From positions 64,001-128,000 of IMG/VR virus record IMGVR_UViG_3300047510_001751: a stretch of DNA of 64,000 nucleotides. The stretch is one strand, 5' to 3'. The stretch is from a virus. Every line of letters starts with the position of its first letter. The first letter of the stretch is position 1. Below, piece after piece: positions 26,370 to 35,471 of the stretch. The translations under genes were made by a program, and so were the position numbers. The notes beneath the pieces are model-generated. The model did not search any database, was not told the origin of the DNA, and worked only from the letters and a program-made list of their open reading frames with translations.

Positions 26370-27014
26370 TTACAGATTTGAAAGGAAATTCTCAAATGCT
26401 TTGAGCTTCCTTTCTTCCAGATTTTTCCTAGTTGATTCGGAAATATATCTGTGATATTTAGCAATTTGCTGTTCACGGAGAATTCCGTTTTCCCAAATCC
26501 ACTCTTTACCTTCCATGATTCCGTTAACAAAAGCATCGGGAGCTGATGGATCTGCTACGATATCGGCAGCGGTTGCCAACATAAAATCATCACGAACATA
26601 ATTGGCACCATTACGCTCTTCAAGTGAACCCATACCTCTAGAAGATACGCCGAGTTTTACACCTTCATCTAAAAGTGACTTAGCAATTTTACCCATAGGA
26701 GTATCAAGAATTCTAGCCTTTCCGTAGAAGTTAGCACCTTCCGCACGAAGTTCAACAATTCTGTGAGACACCCTATCAAGGTTTACAGTAGGACCATCGG
26801 GATGACCAAGTTCGCCTAGAGCACGACCAGATTGTACATACTGTTCGTTGTATCTTTGAACTTCTCTGTTCAAAACATTGAAAGGATATACTCTACCATT
26901 TCTATTTTTGATTTCGGATTGTAAAAAAATACCTTCAATGTAAAGGTTTTTTTTGCCTTCTGTTTCTTCTATGAGGACGCTAATCTCCTCAATATTTTCT
27001 GTGATGAGTTTCAT
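26370..27014 (-). CDS. gp21: Prohead core protease (T4 gp21)
   Basis: LYIEGIFLQ...NRNGRVYP, ALGELGHP, GVSSRG.GS, ADIVADPSAP.AFV. Confidence 0.96.
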   Translation of the reverse strand: MKLITENIEEISVLIEETEGKKNLYIEGIFLQSEIKNRNGRVYPFNVLNREVQRYNEQYVQSGRALGELGHPDGPTVNLDRVSHRIVELRAEGANFYGKARILDTPMGKIAKSLLDEGVKLGVSSRGMGSLEERNGANYVRDDFMLATAADIVADPSAPDAFVNGIMEGKEWIWENGILREQQIAKYHRYISESTRKNLEERKLKAFENFLSNL

Positions 27015-27187
27015 TCTTCTGTTTCTAGTGGTTCTACTGGTTCATCAAAATATGTGGAAGCAACAGATTTTTTGTACATACCAAGAGCTTCCCCAGCGGT
27101 TGATTTCATGACATCTTTAATCATGTCAAGAGCATCTGCTTTTTGCTTTCCAGCAATAGCATTGACAATATCCAAAGTGTTAGACAT
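27011..27187 (-). CDS. Small prohead core protein (gp67-like), 58 aa
   Basis: Hand translation MSNTLDIVNAIAGKQKADALDMIKDVMKSTAGEALGMYKKSVASTYFDEPVEPLETEE; position between gp20 and gp21; CTAAATA at 27214-27220. Confidence 0.7.
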   Translation of the reverse strand: MSNTLDIVNAIAGKQKADALDMIKDVMKSTAGEALGMYKKSVASTYFDEPVEPLETEE

Positions 27188-27212
27188 AGTAATATAATTT
27201 TAACTTATAATT

Positions 27213-28901
27213 TTATTTAGCAGAACCTTTATTTGATGAAGCTTTTGGAGCTGGTTTTGGTTTTGCTTTTTCTAAATCAATCTTTCGTTGGGTTTCAGCA
27301 TCCGCTTCAGCATTAGAAATTTCTGGGGCATAAGCGTCATTTTCTAATGATTTTTGAGTAAGAATATTTGTATCAACTGGATTTAAAGCAAGACCAGAAT
27401 CAATATCTTTTTTCATCTGCTTATCCATTTCCTTGTATTCTTTCTCTGTCTGCATCAGAACTTGCTTACGAATAAACTCAGAAGAAATGTACTTACCAAC
27501 AAATGGATCCATCTGTGTGACAAGACCAATACGTTCCTTCATTAATTCCATTTGCTTGAGTTCATTGAAATGATTATCAAACAGGAAGTCATACTGAATA
27601 TGCTCTTCCATATCATCCCAATCTTCTGGAGCAATAATGCCCTTGAGAATGAGTTGAGTCTTAAGCATATCACTGAAGATTTCACTAAATCTTTTACGAA
27701 GACGACCAATAAACTTAGCAAACTTAAGTTCGTCTCTAAGAATTTCAGTTGTTTTTCCGAGATTAAATGCCTTGTTATCGTCTGTTAAACGAGACGGTGG
27801 CAGGTTAAGCGAGTTGTATAGTTTCTTTTTAAAATATTCAACGTCCTTAAGTTCACCAAGATTCTGACCACCAGGAAGTGTAGTGATCTCAGTTCCTCTA
27901 CCACCTTCACGGCGAGGGAGCCAGAAATCTTCCAGCATAGACATATGCTTTTTATCATCACGAATTTCGCCAGTGGCTGAATCGTATACAAGTTTGTTAC
28001 GATAGCGAGCCATAACATCACGAAGATATTGCTCGGCTTTTACTTTAGGAAGATTGCCTACATCAATGTAGAAAATTCTACGCTCTGGAGCACGAGACAA
28101 TCTGTAGATAACCAACGAATCCTCAATCATTCTAAGCTGATTAAGAGCTTTGATTGATTTGTGGAGGAAACTAATTGTCATCTTTTTGTTTGGATCTTTC
28201 AATCCAGAATCACATGAAGCTACTGAATCAACTGAAATTCTAATACCCTGATTGTTTGAGTAATCAAAAGCTCCCGCTGTATTAGGAACACCAGCTGGAG
28301 TAAATCCTCTTGGGTTATAAATGTAATACTCGATATATTCACCCCAGTCAAACTCTAAAGCAGAACCTTTCTCCTTCATCTTTTCTGCTTCAGTTCGCTG
28401 AATCTTGTGACGAACTTTTTTAATCTTCAGTGGGTCAATATATCTAAGTTCTAAAATACCTTTTTTGGGGTTGTCAAGATCTACTACTTTATGATAGTAT
28501 AGTCTACCGTCAATATACCAATTACGAATAATCTGATGGCAATGCTTATCAAATTGTAGTAATCTTAAAATATGGTTAAACTCGTTTCTGATTTTATTTT
28601 TGATGTTTGTTCCTATGTCTAGGTTAGACAATTCAATTTCTACTGGAGCATCATCAGCATCAGAAACTACAAACTCGTTAATAATTTCGTCGATAGCTGA
28701 GTCACATTCTGGGTGAAGTGACATACTACGATATCTTTGAATCAATTCATATTCATTTCGGGAGGCACCTTCTACATCTACATACGTGCCAAAATAGCCA
28801 CCTGCTACGGTGGCTACGTTATCATCTTGGTTGGGCGGAATTGGGGATTGCCCCTGAAGTTCCGCCCTCTTGTTGATTTTAAATCCAAACAGTTGACTCA
28901 T
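27213..28901 (-). CDS. gp20: Portal protein (T4 gp20)
   Basis: WYIDGRLYYH, YRLSRAPERRIFYIDVGNLPKVKAEQY, EDFWLPRREGGRGTEI. Confidence 0.98.
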   Translation of the reverse strand: MSQLFGFKINKRAELQGQSPIPPNQDDNVATVAGGYFGTYVDVEGASRNEYELIQRYRSMSLHPECDSAIDEIINEFVVSDADDAPVEIELSNLDIGTNIKNKIRNEFNHILRLLQFDKHCHQIIRNWYIDGRLYYHKVVDLDNPKKGILELRYIDPLKIKKVRHKIQRTEAEKMKEKGSALEFDWGEYIEYYIYNPRGFTPAGVPNTAGAFDYSNNQGIRISVDSVASCDSGLKDPNKKMTISFLHKSIKALNQLRMIEDSLVIYRLSRAPERRIFYIDVGNLPKVKAEQYLRDVMARYRNKLVYDSATGEIRDDKKHMSMLEDFWLPRREGGRGTEITTLPGGQNLGELKDVEYFKKKLYNSLNLPPSRLTDDNKAFNLGKTTEILRDELKFAKFIGRLRKRFSEIFSDMLKTQLILKGIIAPEDWDDMEEHIQYDFLFDNHFNELKQMELMKERIGLVTQMDPFVGKYISSEFIRKQVLMQTEKEYKEMDKQMKKDIDSGLALNPVDTNILTQKSLENDAYAPEISNAEADAETQRKIDLEKAKPKPAPKASSNKGSAK

Positions 28902-28926
28902 ATTAAATTAAATAGATTCGATGATC

Positions 28927-28933
28927 TATTTAT
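28927..28933 (-). promoter_or_regulatory. Late promoter ATAAATA (gp20)
   Basis: ATAAATA in the gp19-gp20 gap. Confidence 0.7.
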
Positions 28934-28938
28934 TTAAT

Positions 28939-29574
28939 TCACTTATTGACAAGTTTGGTTACGCCAGCAATGCCAGTAGCAGCAGCATCAGTAATAGATG
29001 TAGCTGTTGGAGTTTCAACAGTCCAGTATGAATATTGGAACTCTACGGAGAACTCAGAAATCTGATCATTGCTATCATAACCAAGATCAATTTGAGATAC
29101 GTTGGTTGGGAAAGCGTGATGTAAAGTATACTCTCTAAGGATAGTACCTTTTTCGGTAGAATTCTTTTCAAGTTGCTTCACTCTAACTGCTGCTGCCATA
29201 TAACCGTCAGAATTATTTGGTCTGAACTTAGGAGCATTATTGCCATTATGTGTGTTCATTGATTCCAACCATTGCTCAAAATAAGCACGGATTGCCATGT
29301 CCTTATCATTGAAGAATGTTGGGGACCAAGTATCAAATGTTCTGTCGCCAGCAATTTTAACTGTTCTTCCTCTAAAAGGAACTTCAATAACACCTAAGTT
29401 AGAAGCAGGAAGTGCTGCTGATTTACAGAGAAGATCTACCAAATTTTTATCTTCTCCAGTAGCACCTGGATTACCTGTTCCTAAATCACTTGGCCATACG
29501 ATATCGATGGCGAACATGTTAGGCTTAGTGCCTTGTCCAATTCTTTGAATAAAATCGTTAATTTTTGTTGCCAT
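28939..29574 (-). CDS. gp19: Tail tube protein (T4 gp19)
   Basis: LCKSAALPAS.LG.IEVPFRGR.VKIAGDRTF..W...AFPT.VS.I.L. Confidence 0.95.
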   Translation of the reverse strand: MATKINDFIQRIGQGTKPNMFAIDIVWPSDLGTGNPGATGEDKNLVDLLCKSAALPASNLGVIEVPFRGRTVKIAGDRTFDTWSPTFFNDKDMAIRAYFEQWLESMNTHNGNNAPKFRPNNSDGYMAAAVRVKQLEKNSTEKGTILREYTLHHAFPTNVSQIDLGYDSNDQISEFSVEFQYSYWTVETPTATSITDAAATGIAGVTKLVNK

Positions 29575-29607
29575 TGTTTTTTACCTCGTTGTTTTGTTTG
29601 TGATTAA

Positions 29608-31785
29608 TCAGCGACCAACTACTTCAGCAAACGAAACACCAGTCTTAGTAGCCGTTAAGGTTACGGTAATGTAGTTGATAGAACGGGTTGGCTTGATATA
29701 AATTTCAGCAACAAATTCGTTTCTATCAATAACATCTGGAGTATTGTTTGAGTCATCACAAACAACCAGGAAGTCGGTTACACCTCTTCTTGCTTGAACT
29801 TCACTCATATAGGAGTTTAGAGCACTAGCAAAAGATGCTCTTGTTGTCTCATCATTCTGTTCGAATAAAACTTGCTTGGCAAGTCCTTCGGCTCTCTTTT
29901 GTACATTTAGGAATAAACGACGAACGTTAATTCTGTCAAAAGCAGATGGAGAAGCGAGAGCAGTCTTGTCTCCAAATAGAGTTACGCCAGCACCAGGGAA
30001 AGAAACAATAGGATTGACTCTTGCCTGATATAGCTCATCTCTATCAGCTTTATTTGGGTTGTAAGCAAGTTTAACAGCGTTTCTTAGTGAACCTCTGTTA
30101 ACACCAGCAGGTGAATACCAATCATCGAGAGTAGATGAAGTAGCTACACATAGACCAGCAATATCTCCATTACATGGAATGTAGCGATACTTGTCGTTGA
30201 AACGATCATAGAAATACTTATAACCGCTATCAAATACACCATATGATGTAGAAGCTAAACCATTAAAGAAATTAATCGTGTTGGTTTTTTGTTGTGATGT
30301 TGAAAGAGCACCACCTGTGCCAACTTGATTTCCTTTGTGTGGAGATACAAATGCTACACAATCTTTTCTTGAAGAAGCAATAGAAAGAACTTTAGCAGCT
30401 TTAGCTTTAGTTTCTGACTCAAGCCCCATTGATCCTCCCATGAGAACGAAATCAATTACGGATTCTTCGGTATCTAAGAATAAATCGTAGGCGTTTCCGA
30501 TTTCTCCATTATCATAAACGTAATCATCAGTACCACCAGAAAGATCGACTGTTGAAAGACCATCACGGGTAAAAGCAGTATTTGCCATTTCAATTGAATC
30601 ATCACCCCAATCAATGCCTACGGCAATTCCAGTGTAAGCATAAGATGATTGTTCGTTTAGAACTTCTTTGTAATATGTTTTTGCTCCTTCTGTGCTTCTA
30701 CCATCGGAAAGTTTTGAAAGATATGTAAATCTTTCTACGATAGTATTAGCAGCACCCGAAATAGCCCCAGTAGTATCAATAATAACTACGTGAAGTTCGT
30801 CGTTAGAAATACCTCTGTCGGAAGCAAATTGTGAAGTACCTGGACGAGGACCAATTGCTCCTAAAGTTAATCCAGTAGCTCCAATTTCAGCTGTAGAATA
30901 CCAATCTTTAACAGCACTTACTCCTGTTTCATCATCTAAAATTGTAGCAACCGTTACAATAATATCAGAACCACCGCCAGTAGCAGCACCAGCAAGAGTA
31001 ATTGTATCTCCAATTTCGTATCCATTTCCAGCAGTTAACAGAGTTACTGTTACAGCGCCACCTACGCCAGCACCAGCATCAGCAACAACAACCTGGAAAG
31101 AAGCACCGCCAGCATGAGCAGCAGGAGTATAAGTTCCAGGAGTTCTACCAGCTTCGGTTACTCCATCATGAGTAAATGTAGCAATTGGATCTTCTGTTTC
31201 AGTGATGCTATCACCAGCATTGATCAAACCACCCAATACGTTGTTAACTGTTACTTCTCTAGTTACCGAATTGTATAAACCTACTAAAGCGGTTTTTCCA
31301 GAAGCAAAAGTTAAAGTAGATCCTAAAACAGGAGTAACATCAGGAGCTTTATCAAAAGTAAGAACTTGATCGTAACCTCTATCGACTAAAACTACTTTAA
31401 CCGAATTGCCCCATGTACCAGCTGTCTTAGCAACAAAAGTTTCTGATGAACCTGTGCCAGCTTCCCAATCAAGATCGTTTCTTACTAGAACTCCAGTACC
31501 ACTAGCAGAAGCATTTTTAACATTGGTAGCAGCACGAGCTACAGCTAGTCTGCCGCCATAACCAAGAAACTCAGAAGCTACGTACCAATCTTCAGCATTG
31601 GCATCAGCAGGCTTTCCGAAAACATCAATTAGTTGTTTTTGGCTGCTGACATTTACAATTTGATTAATAGGTCCTTTTTGGAATGTCGAAGCAAATGCGG
31701 CGGTAATCTGCTGAGCACCAGTGATTACAGCATTTGATAAATCACGCTCCTTAATTACAATACCAGGCGAGACTTGACTTGCCAT
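29608..31785 (-). CDS. gp18: Tail sheath protein (T4 gp18) with an inserted surface module
   Basis: SPGIVIKERD, WYSPAG.NRG, GDKT...SAFDRINVRRLF, IKPTRSINYI. Confidence 0.97.
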   Translation of the reverse strand: MASQVSPGIVIKERDLSNAVITGAQQITAAFASTFQKGPINQIVNVSSQKQLIDVFGKPADANAEDWYVASEFLGYGGRLAVARAATNVKNASASGTGVLVRNDLDWEAGTGSSETFVAKTAGTWGNSVKVVLVDRGYDQVLTFDKAPDVTPVLGSTLTFASGKTALVGLYNSVTREVTVNNVLGGLINAGDSITETEDPIATFTHDGVTEAGRTPGTYTPAAHAGGASFQVVVADAGAGVGGAVTVTLLTAGNGYEIGDTITLAGAATGGGSDIIVTVATILDDETGVSAVKDWYSTAEIGATGLTLGAIGPRPGTSQFASDRGISNDELHVVIIDTTGAISGAANTIVERFTYLSKLSDGRSTEGAKTYYKEVLNEQSSYAYTGIAVGIDWGDDSIEMANTAFTRDGLSTVDLSGGTDDYVYDNGEIGNAYDLFLDTEESVIDFVLMGGSMGLESETKAKAAKVLSIASSRKDCVAFVSPHKGNQVGTGGALSTSQQKTNTINFFNGLASTSYGVFDSGYKYFYDRFNDKYRYIPCNGDIAGLCVATSSTLDDWYSPAGVNRGSLRNAVKLAYNPNKADRDELYQARVNPIVSFPGAGVTLFGDKTALASPSAFDRINVRRLFLNVQKRAEGLAKQVLFEQNDETTRASFASALNSYMSEVQARRGVTDFLVVCDDSNNTPDVIDRNEFVAEIYIKPTRSINYITVTLTATKTGVSFAEVVGR

Positions 31786-31824
31786 TTTATTCTCCTCTCG
31801 GTGTTAACCATTTAAATCTAAAAT

Positions 31825-31832
31825 TATTTATA
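31825..31832 (-). promoter_or_regulatory. Late promoter TATAAATA (gp18)
   Basis: Exact TATAAATA about 40 nt upstream of the gp18 ATG. Confidence 0.8.
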
Positions 31833-31836
31833 GAAA

Positions 31837-33483
31837 TCAATAGTTCCACATGTATGAAACATCTTCTTGAGTTTCTCCATACCACACACTACCATCCTCT
31901 ACAAAACCTTCATCCCCTTCCAAACCAGTTGTGATAAATCCAAATGGTGCCATATCTTGTTCAATCTGATTTTTTTGCTCCTCGTAGATTCTTTTACGAA
32001 CATCATTGTCCGTCATCTCTTTAAAATAATCTTGAACAGCCAACCAAGAAAAGATAACTAAACACATTACGAGGTCATCATGAAATCCATCGTCAGCTTC
32101 AAACGATTGCTTTTTCTGAATAAATGTGGTAAGCTCAGATATGATTTCGTAATCTCTAAACAAGAGTTTATCATCTTCGATCATCTGCTTCAGGTTTTGA
32201 CAACCAACTTTTTTCACAGTGATTGACATCTTAATACCAAGTTGAGTTTTGTTGCCAGAAAAACCTTGACCAACAATCTGTCCAGCACGACCTCTCATTG
32301 AACACATTAATACGTTAGGATATTCTAGATCGTAATTAAGAATAGAAGCAACCTGATCACCAACGTCATTTACTTCACACAACACATAGGCATTATTATA
32401 TGCTCGGGCAACGTCGTTAATAACGTTGGGAAATAGCATAGGCTTGATTTCGTTGTTTCTATATTTTCCTACGATTTTGTATGGGACTGTTGTAATATCA
32501 AATATAATAAAAGCAGAATAATCGCCTCCAATACCTCGGCTAACGTCTGCTGTAATAATGTATTCAGATTTTGAATTTGGAGTTTCATAAATGTCAAGAC
32601 CTTTATTAGAACTAATTGGTGTGTCAAATACAAGTGTTCTTAATTTAGAAGCAGCAATAAGAGTATCAACCGATCCTAAAAATTCACACTCAAATTCCTG
32701 AGTGAACTGTCGTTGAGAAGTATTTTTAATTGTTTCTTCTTTCCACTTAGCATCACGACCAGGAACTTCAGACCAATGAACCTCAGTCCAGATATAATTA
32801 TTCCTTTGGTTTTGAGCGTCTACCCACAACTTATAGAAGTGGTTCATACCATATGGGGTAGAAATAATAATAACTTTAGTTTTTTGTCCCGATGAAATGG
32901 TAGGATATACAGACGAGAAGAAATCTTCGGCAATGTGATTTGGAACGAAAGCAAATTCGTCCAAGAAAATAATGTTAAATGACATTCCTCGTACAGCAGA
33001 TGCTGACGTTGAGGCAGCCATAATCTTAGAACCATTCTCTAGTTCCATAGAACCTTTGTTCCACGAGAGAACACCCTGTTGTAACCACTTAGGAAGATTC
33101 TCGTATGCTGTCTGTAATCTTCCTAGTAGGTCACGAGCAGTGGATGCTTTGTTTGCTAGAATACCAATGTTGGAACTATCATTAAACAAAGCATAGTGAA
33201 GCAGATAGGAAACCACAACAGTAGATTTCCCTGTCTGTCTTGGAAGTTTAGCAATGTTGAATCTGTTTTCGTGAAACTTTTTGACTAATTCTTTCTGGAA
33301 GTCATACATCCTAAAAGGAATCAAACCCTCGTCAACCTGAACAATTTTGACATAATTCAGGGCAAAGTATACGGGATCTTCTTTACATTTTAAATATTCT
33401 TTAATTTCTTCTTTAGTCCACTGGTGGGCAACGTTCGCTTTCTTTAAAAGCGGATTGCCCAAATAAATCTGATCACTACTCAT
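31837..33483 (-). CDS. gp17: Terminase large subunit (T4 gp17)
   Basis: PRQTGKST, IFLDEFAF, ISTPYG, ADVSRG.GGDYS, HDDLVM. Confidence 0.97.
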   Translation of the reverse strand: MSSDQIYLGNPLLKKANVAHQWTKEEIKEYLKCKEDPVYFALNYVKIVQVDEGLIPFRMYDFQKELVKKFHENRFNIAKLPRQTGKSTVVVSYLLHYALFNDSSNIGILANKASTARDLLGRLQTAYENLPKWLQQGVLSWNKGSMELENGSKIMAASTSASAVRGMSFNIIFLDEFAFVPNHIAEDFFSSVYPTISSGQKTKVIIISTPYGMNHFYKLWVDAQNQRNNYIWTEVHWSEVPGRDAKWKEETIKNTSQRQFTQEFECEFLGSVDTLIAASKLRTLVFDTPISSNKGLDIYETPNSKSEYIITADVSRGIGGDYSAFIIFDITTVPYKIVGKYRNNEIKPMLFPNVINDVARAYNNAYVLCEVNDVGDQVASILNYDLEYPNVLMCSMRGRAGQIVGQGFSGNKTQLGIKMSITVKKVGCQNLKQMIEDDKLLFRDYEIISELTTFIQKKQSFEADDGFHDDLVMCLVIFSWLAVQDYFKEMTDNDVRKRIYEEQKNQIEQDMAPFGFITTGLEGDEGFVEDGSVWYGETQEDVSYMWNY

Positions 33484-33721
33484 TCAAACCCCTTTGTATA
33501 TCTTTATCAATAGCATCCATATTATTTAACCTGTTCTCCCATCCTTTACCATCAGTGGTTCCTTTACGAGGATTGATACAAGTATCATCGCCAAACTTGT
33601 CACAAACAAGAGATGCTAATTCTGATTCATCGCCTTTTTTGTTTGTGCCAGTCCAGAAATGTTGCCCGCCGATCCACTGAGCCCCACACTTGGGACATGC
33701 TTTGGTATCCATGAGTATCAC
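33476..33721 (-). CDS. Small Cys-rich hypothetical protein (CPKC...C...C)
   Basis: ORF track; four Cys; 3' end overlaps the gp17 start. Confidence 0.75.
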   Translation of the reverse strand: MILMDTKACPKCGAQWIGGQHFWTGTNKKGDESELASLVCDKFGDDTCINPRKGTTDGKGWENRLNNMDAIDKDIQRGLNE

Positions 33722-33736
33722 CTTAAGACGGTTAAT

Positions 33737-33778
33737 ATTATATTTAGAATACAGTGTTCACGCTGTAACAATAGTTAC
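33737..33778 (-). promoter_or_regulatory. NtcA-activated class II promoter (GTA-N8-TAC-N22-TATAAT)
   Basis: Palindromic GTAAC-TATT-GTTAC box at 33765-33778, exactly 22 nt, then TATAAT at 33737-33742. Confidence 0.8.
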
Positions 33779-33799
33779 TGAAGTTATGTTAAGAAATCC

Positions 33800-34054
33800 T
33801 CACCCTTCGTGCTTGTTATCCATGTAGGAAGCAACAGAATCCATGTAGTCAGCTGCTAAAGTTACCTTTGATTGAACCCAACCAGGAACCTGCATGGTTG
33901 GTGATTGAATAGATGCTTTGAGACGATCACAGCAATGCTTGATCTCTTCAATTTGATTCATGATCATTGCTCCTTCATCATCAAGCTCTTTTCCCATTGC
34001 CACATCAATGTGGTTTTCTGTTAATGATTCTTTGAGTTGTTTAAAAGTTTTCAT
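33800..34054 (-). CDS. Hypothetical protein (84 aa), N-terminus MKTFKQLKE
   Basis: GGAGG SD before the ATG at 34054; W(V)QSKVTLAADYMDSV motif seen in T4-like head-associated small proteins. Confidence 0.7.
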   Translation of the reverse strand: MKTFKQLKESLTENHIDVAMGKELDDEGAMIMNQIEEIKHCCDRLKASIQSPTMQVPGWVQSKVTLAADYMDSVASYMDNKHEG

Positions 34055-34055
34055 T

Positions 34056-34775
34056 TTAATCCTCCAGTAAAAGTAAATCGAATGCTGCTGTGTAACGACC
34101 ATTATTTGATCTAGTAGTTATACGAACATCAATATCAGATTTTTCGGGAATACGAATTGGGAATGAAAATTCATAATCATATTCTCCTCCAGTGGATACT
34201 TCAAACGAGTGACCTATCCTAAATGATGCTTGACCGAAATAACGAACAAACATATGACCGCTGCCATCAGCAGATGCTTGTGCTGTAGCAACTCCTTTAT
34301 ATAAGTAAGCGGTCTTGCCAGCAGGCACGGTGTAGATTGCCATAAGAGTTTGTGCTTTTGTAGCAGTAATTCTCAATACATCTGTACCATTCTTTGTAAA
34401 GTTTATGTCGCCCACATTATTTGTGGAACCATTTACGAGATACGCTCTAAACACACGCTTGAATGAAACCGTTCCAGCAACAGTAGCGGTGCTTGATAGC
34501 GTAAATGTTTCCGATATTTCGTTGTAGTTAGCATCTAGTCCAAGTACAGTAACTTGCTTTCCATTATCGGAAGCGTTGGCAATAGAAGCAGTAATAATTC
34601 CAGCAGTATCAAAAGCACTCCATGGATAAATGGTGTCGTTTTTATCCCACACAGTTCCTGTAGTGCTTTGAGATAGTGCGGGGACAGCGCCAAACTTATG
34701 AATGGTTGATGCTCCACGGACTTTGCCCCTTGATACATTTAATCTAAAATTTTCGTCCCAATTAAAATTAGCCAT
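34056..34775 (-). CDS. Hypothetical protein (239 aa), probable virion protein
   Basis: ORF track; beta-rich; sits in the late operon between gp16 and gp17. Confidence 0.7.
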   Translation of the reverse strand: MANFNWDENFRLNVSRGKVRGASTIHKFGAVPALSQSTTGTVWDKNDTIYPWSAFDTAGIITASIANASDNGKQVTVLGLDANYNEISETFTLSSTATVAGTVSFKRVFRAYLVNGSTNNVGDINFTKNGTDVLRITATKAQTLMAIYTVPAGKTAYLYKGVATAQASADGSGHMFVRYFGQASFRIGHSFEVSTGGEYDYEFSFPIRIPEKSDIDVRITTRSNNGRYTAAFDLLLLED

Positions 34776-35026
34776 TAGTTTTTATAAGCGACTTTAACAG
34801 CTTTAATACCAGAGCCACCCTCAATAGTGTCTGTGGGATCTTTTTCTACATAGGCAACTTCGCCACCAGCCAAAGTAAAAGTTCCTAAAGTAACAGGAGT
34901 ATCATCAGCATTTTTTAAAGTAACTAAAGCGGCAGAGCCAGTGTTATAAAGCCTTACAACAGTTGCTTTGCCAACATCAGTAGCAGCTGCAAGAGTAGTT
35001 TCCGATCCCAATAATTTGACTAACAT
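34775..35026 (-). CDS. Hypothetical protein (83 aa)
   Basis: ORF track; ATAAATA at 35046-35052 upstream. Confidence 0.7.
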   Translation of the reverse strand: MLVKLLGSETTLAAATDVGKATVVRLYNTGSAALVTLKNADDTPVTLGTFTLAGGEVAYVEKDPTDTIEGGSGIKAVKVAYKN

Positions 35027-35048
35027 TGCTTTATCTTTTATTGACTAT

Positions 35049-35471
35049 TTATCCTTCGGGTAAATTTTTGCCCATTTCTTTAATCATCTTTTGAAGATCA
35101 GCAGTGCTACCAACAAACATTGTATTGTTAACTGTAGTTGGTCCAGCACCTTTCATTGGAGCATCGAGGTCTTTCATTTTCTTCTGAAGATCAATTAATT
35201 TATCAGTCATGTCTGAGACCTGCTTCATAGCGTTCACAGCGACTTCAAACGCTCGGGGGTGCCCAGACTCCTGAGCAACCTCTAAAGCCCCTTGTACAGC
35301 CTCCTGGCCCTTCTCTATGAGGTCGTAGAGTTGACCACGAGTATATTCGTAATCTTTTTCTGGATCATCTTTTTTGGCAGGAGGTATTTTTTCTGATTTA
35401 ACAATTTCTGTTGTTTCAGTTTCAACTTCAATATCAAATATTTGTTCCATATTTTTTTCAAATTCGTTCAT
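35049..35471 (-). CDS. gp16: Terminase small subunit (T4 gp16)
   Basis: DYEYTRGQLY.LIEKGQEA...A.ES.HPRAFEV...NNT.FVGSTADLQK. Confidence 0.93.
   Translation of the reverse strand: MNEFEKNMEQIFDIEVETETTEIVKSEKIPPAKKDDPEKDYEYTRGQLYDLIEKGQEAVQGALEVAQESGHPRAFEVAVNAMKQVSDMTDKLIDLQKKMKDLDAPMKGAGPTTVNNTMFVGSTADLQKMIKEMGKNLPEG

Noticed and set aside
3538-33483. Inteins, group I introns or homing endonucleases in gp41, uvsX, gp43, uvsW, gp20, gp17
   Set aside because: All are uninterrupted ORFs of ordinary length with no LAGLIDADG, HNH or GIY-YIG motifs or intein termini visible.
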